DNA of 64,000 nt from Eledone cirrhosa (GCA_964016885.1 OZ024747.1:81282001-81346000), one strand, 5' to 3'; counted from the first letter of the stretch, positions 1 to 13,005 are shown. Numbers and translations are program-made. Notes: generated by a model from the sequence alone, not told the origin.

Positions 1-564
1 ATTTCTATGAAACATTTATACAAGATATGTAATGTTACAGACATCTCCACAAATGTAATGATGATCATGGTAATGTCTGCACGGAAGATATATATATAAT
101 ACATCCTTTATTTGTGAGACGTAGGAAACACTATGGTGAATGTTGTAGAGGTTGAATTGCGAAATAAGAGACAATAGCATGGTTATAGTAAATAGTAGAT
201 CATTTATATGTGTAAGGAAAAAAAATACAGCCACTGAGGATACCTGTAAAATATATGTGGATGTTATACGTAAATGTAGTTTGAGTGATATTCTATATAA
301 TCTGACTATCAAAGAACTACATACACACAGGCACACACAGCACACATACATGCATGAACATGCAAACACACACCCACAAGTATGTTCATACATGACAGCA
401 AATGCAAAAAAGAATATGTCTGCTGATACAATTAAAATCATCTGAAGAAGACTAAAAGTATCATTGTAAGATACTATAACATCAAAAAAAACCTACAGGC
501 ATCATGCTAATTGCTACTTGAATTAATCAGGTGTTTATATTTAGTTCCTTCTTGTTGTGTGTGA

Positions 565-618
565 ATATATATATATCTACATATATATATATATCTACAT
601 ATATATATATATATATCT

Positions 619-664
<46 letters not shown>

Positions 665-1011
665 ACATTATATATATATATGTACATTATATATATATAT
701 ATATGTACATTATATATATATATATCTATATATATATGTACATTATATATATATATATCTATATTTATATATATATCTATATATATATGTACATTATATA
801 TATATATATGTACATTATATATATATATATATTTACATTATATATATATATATAATATACATTATATATATATATATATATAATATACATTATATATAAA
901 TATATATATACATTATATATATATATAATATACATTATATATATATATAATATACATTATATATATATAATATACATTATATATATATAATATATATGGA
1001 CATATATATCT

Positions 1012-1049
<38 letters not shown>

Positions 1050-1222
1050 CATTATATATATATAATATACTTTATATATATATATATAATATATGTATAT
1101 CTCCATATATATATCTATATATATATATATAATATACATTATATATATATATCTATATATATATATAATATACATTATATATATATATATAATATACATT
1201 ATATATATATAATATACTTTAT
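565..1222. repeat. Complex (TA)n microsatellite with recurring GTACAT/AATATACAT interruptions
   Basis: Direct reading; source of the spurious YI-repeat ORFs. Confidence 0.95.
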
Positions 1223-1611
1223 ATCATCATCATCACCGTTTTACGTCCGTTCTTCCACGCTAGCATGGGTTAGACGGGTTGTCCTGTTGTGGGCAGTGTC
1301 TGGTCGGCTGACGATGCCTTGCTCATACAGGAACTAATCTGGCTTGATTTCTACAGCTGGATGCCCTTCCTAACACCAACCTCATTTACAGTGAGTGCTG
1401 GGTGCTTTTTCGTGGCGCCTACACGTCCACTTTACAGTGTGGGCTGGGTGCTTTTTTTGCCGTGGCACCTCCACGACCACCTTGCGGTGGGGGGAGTGCG
1501 GGCATATTGTTTATATGCTTCAGCATGTACCCATGGGAGGTCGGGTACCCTGTATTACTGCGTGACGCCAGAAGTCACGGTCGTGTGTCATTGTCTTTGA
1601 GAGGTGTAGTT
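1223..1611 (-). mobile_element. 5'-truncated RTE-clade LINE (last codons, 3'UTR and (GAT)n tail)
   Basis: Reverse complement of ~6121-6518; starts with (ATC)n, the tail on the minus strand. Confidence 0.93.
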
Positions 1612-1671
1612 TATATGTATATGTATATATATATATCTCCATATATATATCTATATATATATATAATATAC

Positions 1672-1736
<65 letters not shown>

Positions 1737-1739
1737 CAT

Positions 1740-1807
<68 letters not shown>

Positions 1808-1874
1808 CTCTATATATATATATATATATATCTATATATATCTAATATATATATATATATATATATATGTACAT

Positions 1875-1906
<32 letters not shown>

Positions 1907-1984
1907 AATGTACATTATATATATATAATTATATATATATATGTACATTATATATATATATATGTACATTATATATATGTACAT

Positions 1985-2016
<32 letters not shown>

Positions 2017-2129
2017 AATGTACATTATATATATATAATTATATATATATATGTACATTATATATATATATATGTACATTATATATATGTACATTATATA
2101 TATATATATATATATACATATATATGTCC

Positions 2130-2185
<56 letters not shown>

Positions 2186-2193
2186 TAGTAATA

Positions 2194-2337
2194 ATTGTTT
2201 CTACGTTAGGCACAAGGCCAGCAAATATCCAGTGTATTACTGGTACTTTATTTTATCGACCCCGTGAGGATGAAAGGCAAAGTTAACCTCGGCGGGATTT
2301 TGACTTTGCCTTTCATCCTTACGGGGTCGATAAAATA
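2194..2337 (-). mobile_element. Truncated tRNA-derived SINE (Meta/MESC-like central domain) with inverted duplication
   Basis: GCCTTTCATCCTTACGGGGTCGATAAAATA motif shared with 28858-29045 and 16335-16430; ATTAATAGTAATAAT repeated at 2181-2195 and 2339-2353. Confidence 0.75.
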
Positions 2338-2409
2338 TATTAATAGTAATAATAATAAATATATATATATATATGTACATTATATATATATATTTACATA
2401 TATATGTAC

Positions 2410-2463
<54 letters not shown>

Positions 2464-2464
2464 C

Positions 2465-2791
<327 letters not shown>

Positions 2792-2862
2792 TTATATATA
2801 TATATATATATATGTACATATATATGTACATTATATATATAAATATGTACATATATATGTAC

Positions 2863-2904
<42 letters not shown>

Positions 2905-2905
2905 T

Positions 2906-3187
2906 TATCCCAAGAGTCAGCTCAAGAAGTGACACAGAGGAGACTGAGGTTAGCTGGACATGCTCACCGACATCCAGAGTTGACATTGCACTCAGTACTC
3001 CTTTGGGAGCCCCTACATGGACACACTAGAAGAGGAAGACCAAGGTTAACATATGTTGATGTCCTAACGACAGACATTGGTCTGTTGGAGACGCAGGACA
3101 TGGCAGCGATAATGAGGGACAGAGACCGCTGGAGAGAACTCGTCCATGGATCTCGGGAACTTGACCCTCCTTAGATAGATATAGATG
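2906..3187 (+). mobile_element. 3' fragment of a second RTE/RTEX-type LINE family
   Basis: Translation [12 protein letters not shown]...[19 protein letters not shown]...RDRDRWR is a typical RTE ORF C-terminus; short TAGA-like tail. Confidence 0.82.
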
Positions 3188-3192
3188 TACAT

Positions 3193-3223
<31 letters not shown>

Positions 3224-3226
<3 letters not shown>

Positions 3227-3360
3227 GTTATGTAATAAACAACATAAGGCAATTATTCCATTTACCAGTGGTTTCTTAAAAGCAAAAAATTTTGCTTTCA
3301 ATCATCAGAATGAAAAAATCCTGGTCTATTTATTGATATTGGATTCTAAAAACAAAAATG
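3224..3360 (-). mobile_element. Hammerhead-containing short element (family A, single arm), Penelope pLTR/retrozyme-like
   Basis: Nearly identical to the left arm at 41671-41799; flanked by (TA)n and (CA)n. Confidence 0.75.
3253..3318 (-). ncRNA. Minimal type I hammerhead ribozyme
   Basis: Minus strand: TTTTTTCATT CTGATGA TTGAAAGCAAA..TTTGCTTTTAA GAAA CC ACT GG TA AATGGAATAA; all three stems pair. Confidence 0.8.
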
Positions 3361-3370
3361 CAATCTATAT

Positions 3371-3408
<38 letters not shown>

Positions 3409-3760
3409 GGGAGGCACATGGCTTAGAGATTAGAGCTTTGGACTTGCAATCGAAAGGTTGTGAGTTTCTATTCTCAGACCGGGTGATGTGTTGTTTCCTT
3501 GAGCAAGACACTTTATTTCACATTGCTCCAGTATACTCAGCTGTAGAAATGTGATGATAGGGACTGGGTTCCCTATCATTCCACTGCAAAGTGGACGTGT
3601 AGGCGCCACGGCAAAAAAGCACCCAGCACTCACTGTAAATGAGGTTGGTGTTAGGAAGGGCATCCAGCTGTAGAAATCAAGCCAGAATCAGTTCCCGTCC
3701 CACCCTTGCAAGCAGGGAAAAGCGGACGTAAAATGAAATGATGATGATGATGATGATGAT
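3409..3760 (+). mobile_element. Full-length tRNA-derived CORE-like SINE with RTE-LINE-derived tail
   Basis: A-box-like TGGCTTAGAGATT, B-box-like GTTTCTATTCT, CORE-like TCCTTGAGCAAGACACTT, 3' half matches LINE 3'UTR 6300-6400, (TGA)n tail. Confidence 0.88.
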
Positions 3761-3829
3761 ATATGTCATTATATATATATATATATGTACATATATATGT
3801 ACATTATATATATATACATATATATATAC

Positions 3830-3893
<64 letters not shown>

Positions 3894-3940
3894 CATTATA
3901 TATATATATGTACATTATACATATATATATATATGTACAT

Positions 3941-3973
<33 letters not shown>

Positions 3974-4105
3974 GTACATTATATATATATATAAATATTA
4001 TATATATGTACATTATATATATATATATATATATGTGTACATTATATATATATATATATATACATTATATATATATATATATATGTGTACATTATATATA
4101 TATAC

Positions 4106-6518
4106 ATGTGGCTGGAGTAAGACCTCAAGCAGGAGGAGAGTGACTTGGTGGTGGAACAATAAGGTAGATGAAGCAGTCAAGGCCAAGAGACAGGCATGGA
4201 AAGAATGGAAGAACGGGGGGGAGCAGGGTACATTACATAGAGACCAAGAGGGAAGCTAGGCGACAAGTATACTTAGCTAGGAGGGAAGCAGAGGATAGAA
4301 AATTCAAGCATGTTTTACAACGTGAGGACCAGAAACAGGAGGTATTCAAGATTGCGAGGCAGTGTGTCAGAGATAGTTGTGATGTCATTGGAGAGAAGTG
4401 TATCCGGAATGATAAAGGTGAGCTTGCCCTCACAAGTGCTGAGAAGAAAGATGCATGGAAGAGTCATTATGATAGATTACTAAATGAGGAGAATGCATGG
4501 GAAGAAGAGACCCTACCCCACGTAGACCCTATAGAGGGACCAGCAGTACAAGTCAGCGGCAGCGTAGTAAGTAAGGCAATCAGAGATATGAAGATAGGGA
4601 AGGCAACCGGTCCATCGGGGTATAGCTGCCGAGATGCTGAAGGCATCTGGGTCTGTAGGTCACACTATAACCACACGTATCGTTAACCAGGTAATACTAG
4701 AGGGGGCCATACCAAAAGATTGGTGCAGTAGCATCATTGTCAACTGCTACAAAGGTAAAGGCGATGCACTAGATAGAGGAAACTATAGAGGTATAAAGTT
4801 GATGGACCAGGTCATGAAAGTAACAGAAAGAGTTATAGCACAGCTGATTAGGGACCGGGTGAATATAGACGAGATGCAATTTGGGTTTGTACCAGGGAAA
4901 GGCACCACTGATGCCCTCTTCCTTGTGAGGCAATTACAGGAAAAGTACCTAGCTAAAAGTAAGCCACTCTACTTGGCATTTGTCGACCTTGAGAAAGCCT
5001 TTGACAGAGTTCCACGTGCAGTAATCTGGTGGGCTCTTAGAAAACTAGGAGTAGATGAATGGCTTGTGAAAGCGGTACAAGCCATGTATAGGGGAGCAGT
5101 CAGCAAAGTTAGGATTGGCAATGAGTATAGCGAGGAATTTAGCGTACAGGTTGGGGTCCACCAGGGCTCTGTTCTTAGCCCTCTCCTGTTCATCATAGTC
5201 CTGCAGGCAATAACGGAGGAGTTTAAGACCGGATGCCCATGGGAACTCCTGTATGCTGATGACCTCGCACTCATAGCTGAATCTATGGTAGAACTAGAGA
5301 ATAAATTCCAAACCTGGAAGCAGGGACTAGAGAGAAAGGGCCTCAAAGTCAACATGACAAAGACTAAGGTCCTTGTAAGTAGACGAGAAAACAGAACCCA
5401 GATCCCCTCAGGGAAATGGCCTTGCTCAGTATGTAGGAAAGGTGTAGGTAGGAACTCCATTCTCTGCCCCAAATGCAAACAATGGGTACACAAGAGATGT
5501 AGCGGGATCTCAGGAAGCTTAATTAAGAATGTAGGATTCACATGCAGCAGCTGTGCTGAAACAGCAAGCAAACAGCCACAGGAAACAAGTACCACCAATC
5601 TCTGGGAGGGCCCTGTAGAAACAGTAGACAGCTTCTGCTACCTAGGTGACCGAATTAGCAACGGGGGTGGGTGCTCAGAAAGTACAATAACTAGGGTAAG
5701 AACGGGATGGAAGAAGTTTAGGGAACTACTACCACTGCTAGCTGCAAAAGGCTTCTCCCTCAGAATGAAAGGCAGACTGTATGATGCGTGTATCCGAACA
5801 GCGATGTTGCATGGTAGTGAGACCTGGGCGCTGAAGGTGGAAGACTTACGTAGATTAGAGAGAAACGAAGCCTGCATGCTCCGATGGATGTGTAACAGTA
5901 ATATACGTGAACGACAAAGCATAAAGGAATTGAGAGAGAGACTGAGCATAAGAGGAATCAAATGCTGCGTGCAGGAGAGGCGGTTACGCTGGTATGGACA
6001 TGTGATGCGTATGAAGGATGACAGCTGCATAAAAAGGTGCAGAGCACTAGAAGTTGATGGAAACCGCGGAGTGGGGAGACCCAAGATGACTTGGGATGAG
6101 GTGATAAAAGCCGACCTTACCCAACTACACCTCTCAAAGTCAATGACACACGACCGTGACTTCTGGCGTCACGCAGTAATACAGGGTACCCGACCTCCCA
6201 TGGGTACATGCTGAAGCATATAAACAATATGCCCCCCCCCCCCCCACCGCAAGGTGGCCGTGGAGGTGCCACGGCAAAAAAGCACCCAGCCCACACTGTA
6301 AAGTGGACGTGTAGGCGCCACGAAAAAGCACCCAGCACTCACTGTAAATGAGGTTGGTGTTAGGAAGGGCATCCAGCTGTAGAAATCAAGCCAGATCAGT
6401 TCCTGTATGAGCAAGGCATGGTCAGCCGACCAGACACTGCCCACAACAGGACAACCCGTCTAACCCATGCCAGCGTGGAAGAACGGACGTAAAACGGTGA
6501 TGATGATGATGATGATGA
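4106..6518 (+). mobile_element. RTE-clade LINE copy 1, 5'-truncated (RT + PHD finger, no APE endonuclease), frameshifted
   Basis: RT motifs FVDLEKAFD, QGSVLSP, YADD (5252-5263); RRLRWYGHVMR C-terminus; (GAT)n tail; near-identical to 45151-47333 and 49128-50932. Confidence 0.96.
4634..6214 (+). CDS. Non-LTR reverse transcriptase ORF remnant with PHD finger (526 aa)
   Basis: ORF track; the upstream part continues in other frames because of extra Gs in G runs at ~4215-4221 and 4617-4620. Confidence 0.9.
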   Translation: MLKASGSVGHTITTRIVNQVILEGAIPKDWCSSIIVNCYKGKGDALDRGNYRGIKLMDQVMKVTERVIAQLIRDRVNIDEMQFGFVPGKGTTDALFLVRQLQEKYLAKSKPLYLAFVDLEKAFDRVPRAVIWWALRKLGVDEWLVKAVQAMYRGAVSKVRIGNEYSEEFSVQVGVHQGSVLSPLLFIIVLQAITEEFKTGCPWELLYADDLALIAESMVELENKFQTWKQGLERKGLKVNMTKTKVLVSRRENRTQIPSGKWPCSVCRKGVGRNSILCPKCKQWVHKRCSGISGSLIKNVGFTCSSCAETASKQPQETSTTNLWEGPVETVDSFCYLGDRISNGGGCSESTITRVRTGWKKFRELLPLLAAKGFSLRMKGRLYDACIRTAMLHGSETWALKVEDLRRLERNEACMLRWMCNSNIRERQSIKELRERLSIRGIKCCVQERRLRWYGHVMRMKDDSCIKRCRALEVDGNRGVGRPKMTWDEVIKADLTQLHLSKSMTHDRDFWRHAVIQGTRPPMGTC

Positions 6519-6600
6519 CATTATATATATATATAATGTACATTATATATATATGTACATTATATATATATATATATATATATGTACATTATATATATAT

Positions 6601-6655
6601 ATCATCATCATCATCATCGCTTAACATCCATATTCCACGCGTGCATGGGTTTGGT
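6601..6655 (-). mobile_element. Ultra-short RTE tail insertion
   Basis: (CAT)n CGCTTAACATCCATATTCCACGCGTGCATGGG, similar to the 3' end of the 40207 copy. Confidence 0.65.
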
Positions 6656-6712
6656 ACATATATATATATACATTATATATATGTACATTATATATATATA
6701 TATATATATATA

Positions 6713-6854
6713 GGAACGAGTAGAACCCCGACGGCTGAGCTCAAGCCGTTTCGACGGCTAATTCTGGACTAAAATATTACCCACTCTACTACCCTAAGTA
6801 TTGAGTACTTTGGTGCGTTATGGTCCACCTGGTTCCTTACCACATTTCCTTCGT
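6713..6854. mobile_element. Family B short element (inverted hammerhead 3' half plus tail) in (TA)n
   Basis: Matches 17795-17848 and 17907-17986. Confidence 0.75.
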
Positions 6855-6997
6855 TATATATATATATATATATATATGTACATATATATATATGTGTACA
6901 TATATGTGTACATATATATATGTACATATATATATATATGTACATATATATATATGTATATATATATATATACATATGTATGTACATATATATTTAC

Positions 6998-7039
<42 letters not shown>

Positions 7040-7562
7040 GTACATATATATATATATATGTACACACATATATATATATGTATATATATATGTACACATA
7101 TATATAAATGATTAACTATCTGTGTTTTCCTATTTTCAATTTTAAATAATTGTAACGTGAAATATATACTTTTTACATAGTAAAATGTCTGAGCATGTGT
7201 GTGTGTAAGGGAAGGATTTGGGGAAGGGTTTCACATTAATCAATTATTAAATGGAACGTAAAGTACATATGTATATATTTCCCTTTGTGTGTATAGATGT
7301 ATATATCTATGTATATATATTATACATATATATATATAAAGATCTCTACTGTTCTAAACTGTGAAGATTCTATGTATATTCAACAGTACTACAGTGCACA
7401 CCAATTGCAATGTTAAATAGTTTGTTAGTTTTCAGCAACATCACAAAAGTCAAAAAATAATTCTATACAGTATCAAACTCCTAATTGATTATTTTAACCC
7501 CTGATCAGTACTTTATTCATTTTGTATATTGCAGCCTTAACAGTCTTATGTAATGTCAACTT

Positions 7563-7830
7563 CATCACCACTTTTTTGCTGTTTTCCATGCTGGCATGCA
7601 TTGGATGGATTGTATCACATCTGAGACTAGATGGGTCTCAAGACAACACAATTCTCTTACATCATCTTTTGGTATTGTTTCTATGTTTGGATGTCCTTTC
7701 TATTACCAACCACTTTAAATTTTGTACTAGGTGTTTTTATCATTGCATAGCTCTATCATTTTATAGTGAGTACTGGTTGCATTTTATCATGCCATCAGCA
7801 TTACTTTCTTATAGAGTGTAGTGGTTTTAT
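7563..7830 (-). mobile_element. Degenerate RTE 3'UTR/tail
   Basis: TTCCATGCTGGCATG hairpin, GGATGTCCTTTCTATTACCAACCACTTTA motif and repeated units. Confidence 0.5.
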
Positions 7831-9239
7831 TCTATAATGGAGCCAAAATTACTCTTTTTCAGAGTGTACATGGTGCATTTCATCATGGCCACACTACAGA
7901 GATCACTGTTAAATAAGAAAATCTATAATAATGAATATATTCTGTTAAACACTATATTACACAGCTTCAAGAATTCATTAAACTATTAATAGGATAGCTT
8001 GATACAGTGTATGAAAAGAAGCTGACTCTTTGTGTTGCATGTTTAGTCCATCTAATGGATTTACACATAATTTCTGTCCATCTAATTTCACTCATGCTTC
8101 ACGATTATAGTAGAAGATACTGGAGCAAGTTGCTAATCAGTGAGAGTAATCTAGAGATTTCATGAAGCAAATTACTTAGCCATTTTATCATGCCCACAGA
8201 AAGACTAATATGTCTAAACTCTGATATTATAGCCAAGCAGGAGTAAACTGACAAGCTTACATCAATCAGGATTAACTGAATAGTAAACTGTTGAGCCATA
8301 AGTGAGTATCCATCAATTAAAATATTTACACACTAATAAAACCATCCATAATAAATGTCCAAACACAAACACATATATAAACACTACAATGCACATGTAC
8401 ATGTAAAAAGAGAAAGAGAAAGTAATGATGATAATTTGAAAATATTTAAGAGAACTTAATAACAATTGCTATATATGAAAATGTTCTTTAACTTTCTGTA
8501 AAGAATAATTTGAAAATATAAATTAAAATGCTAATATACAAAAGCATCTACATCTGTCCATAAAATTGGAAAATATAAGTTTGTCAGTGTTTCCAGGAAA
8601 CTAAATTGAAATTATTGCTTTTGATAAAGAATCACTTTTAGTTTAATGAATTCTGAAGTGTTTTGGTGTTGAAGTAAGTTTAAATGTCTGAAAATAGCCA
8701 TGTATGTAATTGTATATATGTTTCACTGAGAGAGTGAGTGTATACAAGGGTGATTTTATGTGAATTTGTATATAAATGTCGGCTTTTTTTCACAAAGGTT
8801 TGTTGATCAATTTCATTTGGACATATAAATAACTATGTATAAATTACATCTGAAGGTGATTTCATGTGGTTATGTAGATGACAAAACGTTAGTGTTTATA
8901 TATATCTATATCTATATATCTATAGGTGGACCAAGAGGCAAAAACCACTTTGGCGAAGGAAGACAGGCAAGATGAGAAAACCCTCTGCAGGTAACAAGTC
9001 AGAGAAATCCTTCTTTTGCCTATGACAGTGAGAAAGATGAGTTGGAGAAATATAACATAGAGAGAAATTGAGAATTTCTATGAGACAACCTGCTGGAAGA
9101 GATGAGCTATGTCTATGGTTGGAGCAGGGTCCCACCAAGATGATGTGGTAGTGGAATGCCAAGGTAGAAAGAGCAATTAAAACAAAAAGACAAGCCTGGA
9201 GAAACTACTGGAATGAGAGAGATAGAAAGCAATACTAGT

Positions 9240-9299
<60 letters not shown>

Positions 9300-10046
9300 T
9301 ATATATATAAATACACACATATACACGATAAAAAATACTATTAAAAAATAATGGTTGTTTCGGGTTAATATATATGGTTGGGTAAGCGTGTGTATGTGAA
9401 TTTCTATTGCATCTCTATATAGAGTAGATGAGCTGAATAGTAGCACTTAAGATCCTTCTTTATAATGAAATGAAAGGTTTTTAGCTACAGGCATAACGTT
9501 TATTTAGCCAGAGCCCTAGGCATAATGTCTGATGCCCCTTGCCTGAAGCATAAAGCATTATTCTTCCTTCAAAAATGTTCCAATTTCAAAAGAAATATAA
9601 ATATCTCTATGTGCCAGAATTAATTTCGTTTTTCAATCTGAAAAGAATTATTTGACTGAAGATACAAATAAATAAAATAAGGTTAACCCTACTCAAAACT
9701 GCCCTTGGTTATATAAAAAAAAAACATCACCCTTTTTGAAGATTTCCTATTTGAATTAAAATCTTCTAGCATCATTTATTTTTAATTACATCACAATTAC
9801 CATCTTAATAATAAAATAATGATCAATTTTAGTAAATCCATTTAAATTCTTCTTTAATCATATAGAGTACAGTTTATTTTATTAGAAATATAGTATCATA
9901 AATGTTAAAATACTGATTTTGTGGTTACACAAAAATTCTTTTTTTTTTCCATTGTCAACTTATGGACAATTTTTCTGAATTTCAAAAATAAATATTGGTA
10001 TATTATTGAAGTATTTTAGGAGGAAGAATACTGTCTCACAATCTCC

Positions 10047-10293
10047 TTCACCCTTTTGAAATCAAACCAACTGAAACTTTCCCTGGTTTTACAATACTAA
10101 CACGTCTTGTTCGAAAGTGTACATATTGTCTAAAACTTTATGTAAGAAAGTTTAAGTTATGTTCCATACACCATAAAAATAATATGAAAGTTAGTTATAT
10201 TGCCACATCTCACAAAATTCGGGATTATTTTCTAAATTATTTGAGAATCATAGGCAGTGTCTTTTATTAGAAATATGGTATTGAAAGGATTTA
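10047..10293. mobile_element. Degenerate TTAA/CCC-type MITE (family of 26335-26590)
   Basis: CCCTTTTGA start and AGAAATATGGTATTGAAAGGA end, reverse-complementary to the ends of 26335-26590. Confidence 0.5.
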
Positions 10294-10941
10294 GCCAATA
10301 GATATCAATTAGCTATTAATTTACATTACTTGTAAATAACAGTCACAGGTATTAAATATCAAATACATTCACATAAAAATGAAACTAAAATATATACAGC
10401 ATAATACAAGAAGTAACAATGGCTATATGTACAAGGTGTAAATATCAAGATTATAGTATCTGTGGAAATATAATGACATACTTCATAATAGGAATGACTC
10501 AGCTGATAGAAAATGTGTATGTATGTAGGTGGTGAGAGGAGGGAGCGAGAAAGAATGAGAAAGAATTGCCTAGTTATATAGTCACAAAACTAATTTTATA
10601 GACATGTAATTGTCTTGAAATTACAATCTTTCAATTGAAATCATAAATAATTAAATCCCACAAGGTAATTAACTAAGTAGAATATAGAGATGGGTTATGG
10701 CGAGTCACAGCTATAGATTGGAAACAGAGAAACAGTATGAAGATGTATATGTAGAAGAGAACCATTATATGAGTGTAAAATAGAAATAATAAATGTCTGT
10801 AGACGGGAATTAGATACAGAACATAATAGAATGGACATCCATTGGTTTTGTTGATGACTGTTTAAGTTGTTCAATCTGTGAAACAGTGTGCTCATGAAAT
10901 TAATATGTAAGTGACTGACAATTCCACAGACACATATCTCC

Positions 10942-11162
10942 TTAACCCTTTAGAATTTAAACTGGCCGTGTGTGGCCAGAATTCTCTCACCTCTATCTGT
11001 TCAAACCAGCCATAACTGGCTGCTCATATTATGGTATTGTTCTAAAGAAAATAACATCAAAATCTTGTAGATTCGATATTATGTGAAAAATTATGTAAGA
11101 TAAAGTCTTTACCTCAAAAATACAAAAGTATGAATAGAGTAATGTAAATACTAAAGAGTTAA
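10942..11162. mobile_element. piggyBac-like MITE
   Basis: TTAACCCTTTAG...CTAAAGAGTTAA termini; same family inverted at 30115-30330. Confidence 0.68.
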
Positions 11163-12799
11163 TGTAATTCACAGGGATTCAGGATTACTATGTGACAAGG
11201 ATATTTTTTGAATTACAGGTATAATCTATTGGATGGGCTTCTACTCACAAGACATGAGTCAATCTAAAGCTAGGGGAAATGACACTTGCCTAAGATGCCA
11301 CACTGGAGGTTTGAAACTGGAACCCAAGGATTGCAAAGTGAATTTCTTAACCTTTCAGCCTTCCACATACAGAACATAGATTTAAAGGATGATATGCAGA
11401 TATGAAAATGGAGATGTAGTGTATTCAAAGGTGACTTGGATTGACACAATCTGTAGATATTGATTACACAGATTTTAGCCAGTAAATAGCATGGGGTGTA
11501 AGTATCATTTAGAACATAACTGAAAACTTTATATAATGAAACATCAAGGAATAGAATCAGGAACAAAGGGAGAGCATGAATGTTACAATAACCTTTCTAC
11601 TTAACAAATGAGTCTATATTGCCATTAGTGTCCTGATACACAATTTCGCCATTTGAACCTGCAATTATTATTCCTCTAATCCATATGCACTAAATATATA
11701 ATCCAGATAGCCAGCAGCTATAAATGTAGAAGAAAAATAAAACAAAAAGAAAGCAGTAACCTCAACTTTTCCCTTCATTAATGACATAACCTTTCATGTC
11801 ATTTAATAGAGAAAATGAAAGTAACCTAGTTAATGGTCAGAATAAATCACCAGGTTGATGGAACATGACAGTCACATTGCTTTTAGTTTAAAAATAAAAT
11901 GCCCCACAGTGATATAACTGAACTTTCTATGACATTACTTTCATACAACATCATTCTAACATCTGATGCTAAAATTGCTTCCATCTGCTTCAATCCTTCA
12001 GCATTAACAGTAAATTAGCAAACAACAGTACTATTGCTACAAAAGAACAGTTGTAAGAGGGGAACATGATAAACAACATCAATGACTACAACCATATTAA
12101 ATGATCCTTGAAAATAGCATCAACTACCACTAACAAGAATAGTGTACCCACTAAATGCTCACTCATTGTAAAATAAATAACAACCAAAATCAGCCTTAGA
12201 TTTGGACAATGTAGTCCAAGATATACAAAATGAAGAGATGGCTATAATGCTGTTTATCATTAATCAACACGATTAGGGTTGACGTGGAATTAACTATTAA
12301 CATCCTGTAATGATTTACTAGAAAATATCTAAAAATGGTATCTCTTAATGCAAATGTCTACAGTGTCTTTACTAATAGTTAGATCATTGAAGAAACCTGC
12401 AGTATCAGAGTCTATCAATGTCTAATGTGATGCACTCAAAGAGCTGATTTTTACTTTTCACAAATGTCTTGCTAATGCTGCTTCTTGTGATACAAGGTAT
12501 TAAGAATTAAAAGAAAACAACTTGGAATCTTAAACAAACATGAAGCCATCAGATTTGGAAGGGGAAATATTTTGAGTAAAACTAACCACGTCTAAAAGAA
12601 TACAATTAACACAAGTCATGACCCTGGTATGATGAAATATGTTACAGTAAAAGAAAAAGCCGATTGGTGAAGCATCATATATTATGAACAGGAAAAAACC
12701 CATCAATAACATCCTTAAAAAAGAATGATTCTGTGAGAAAGTGAATAATAAGAAAAATAAAAATTCAAGAATTTAGAAGCCAGTGAAAAGTTGATACAC

Positions 12800-13005
12800 T
12801 GTCACTTGATATGCTAGAAATAGAAGTCGAATTTCCCTCATATCATAAGAAAGAAAAGGAGACATTAGAAATTGTACTAGATATAATATACATGACAAAA
12901 AATCATTAAAAATAAAAATAAACAAAGATGGATAGTCAAAGCTGGAATGTCTTTGATCACAGATTCTGATTCATCAGAGCTGAGCTGGGTTAAATAAAAA
13001 CACAT
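12800..13005 (+). repeat. Unclassified dispersed repeat (related copies ~12150-12300, 28780-29160 and minus strand 42410-42790)
   Basis: Shared CACTTGA..TAGAAA..GCAGCCAAAT and GCTGGAATG..TTTGATCA motifs. Confidence 0.45.

Noticed and set aside
4969-6084. Antisense ORFs of 209 and 148 aa repeated in each LINE copy
   Set aside because: Shadow frames of the RT ORF; conserved only because the copies are near-identical; no recognisable domain
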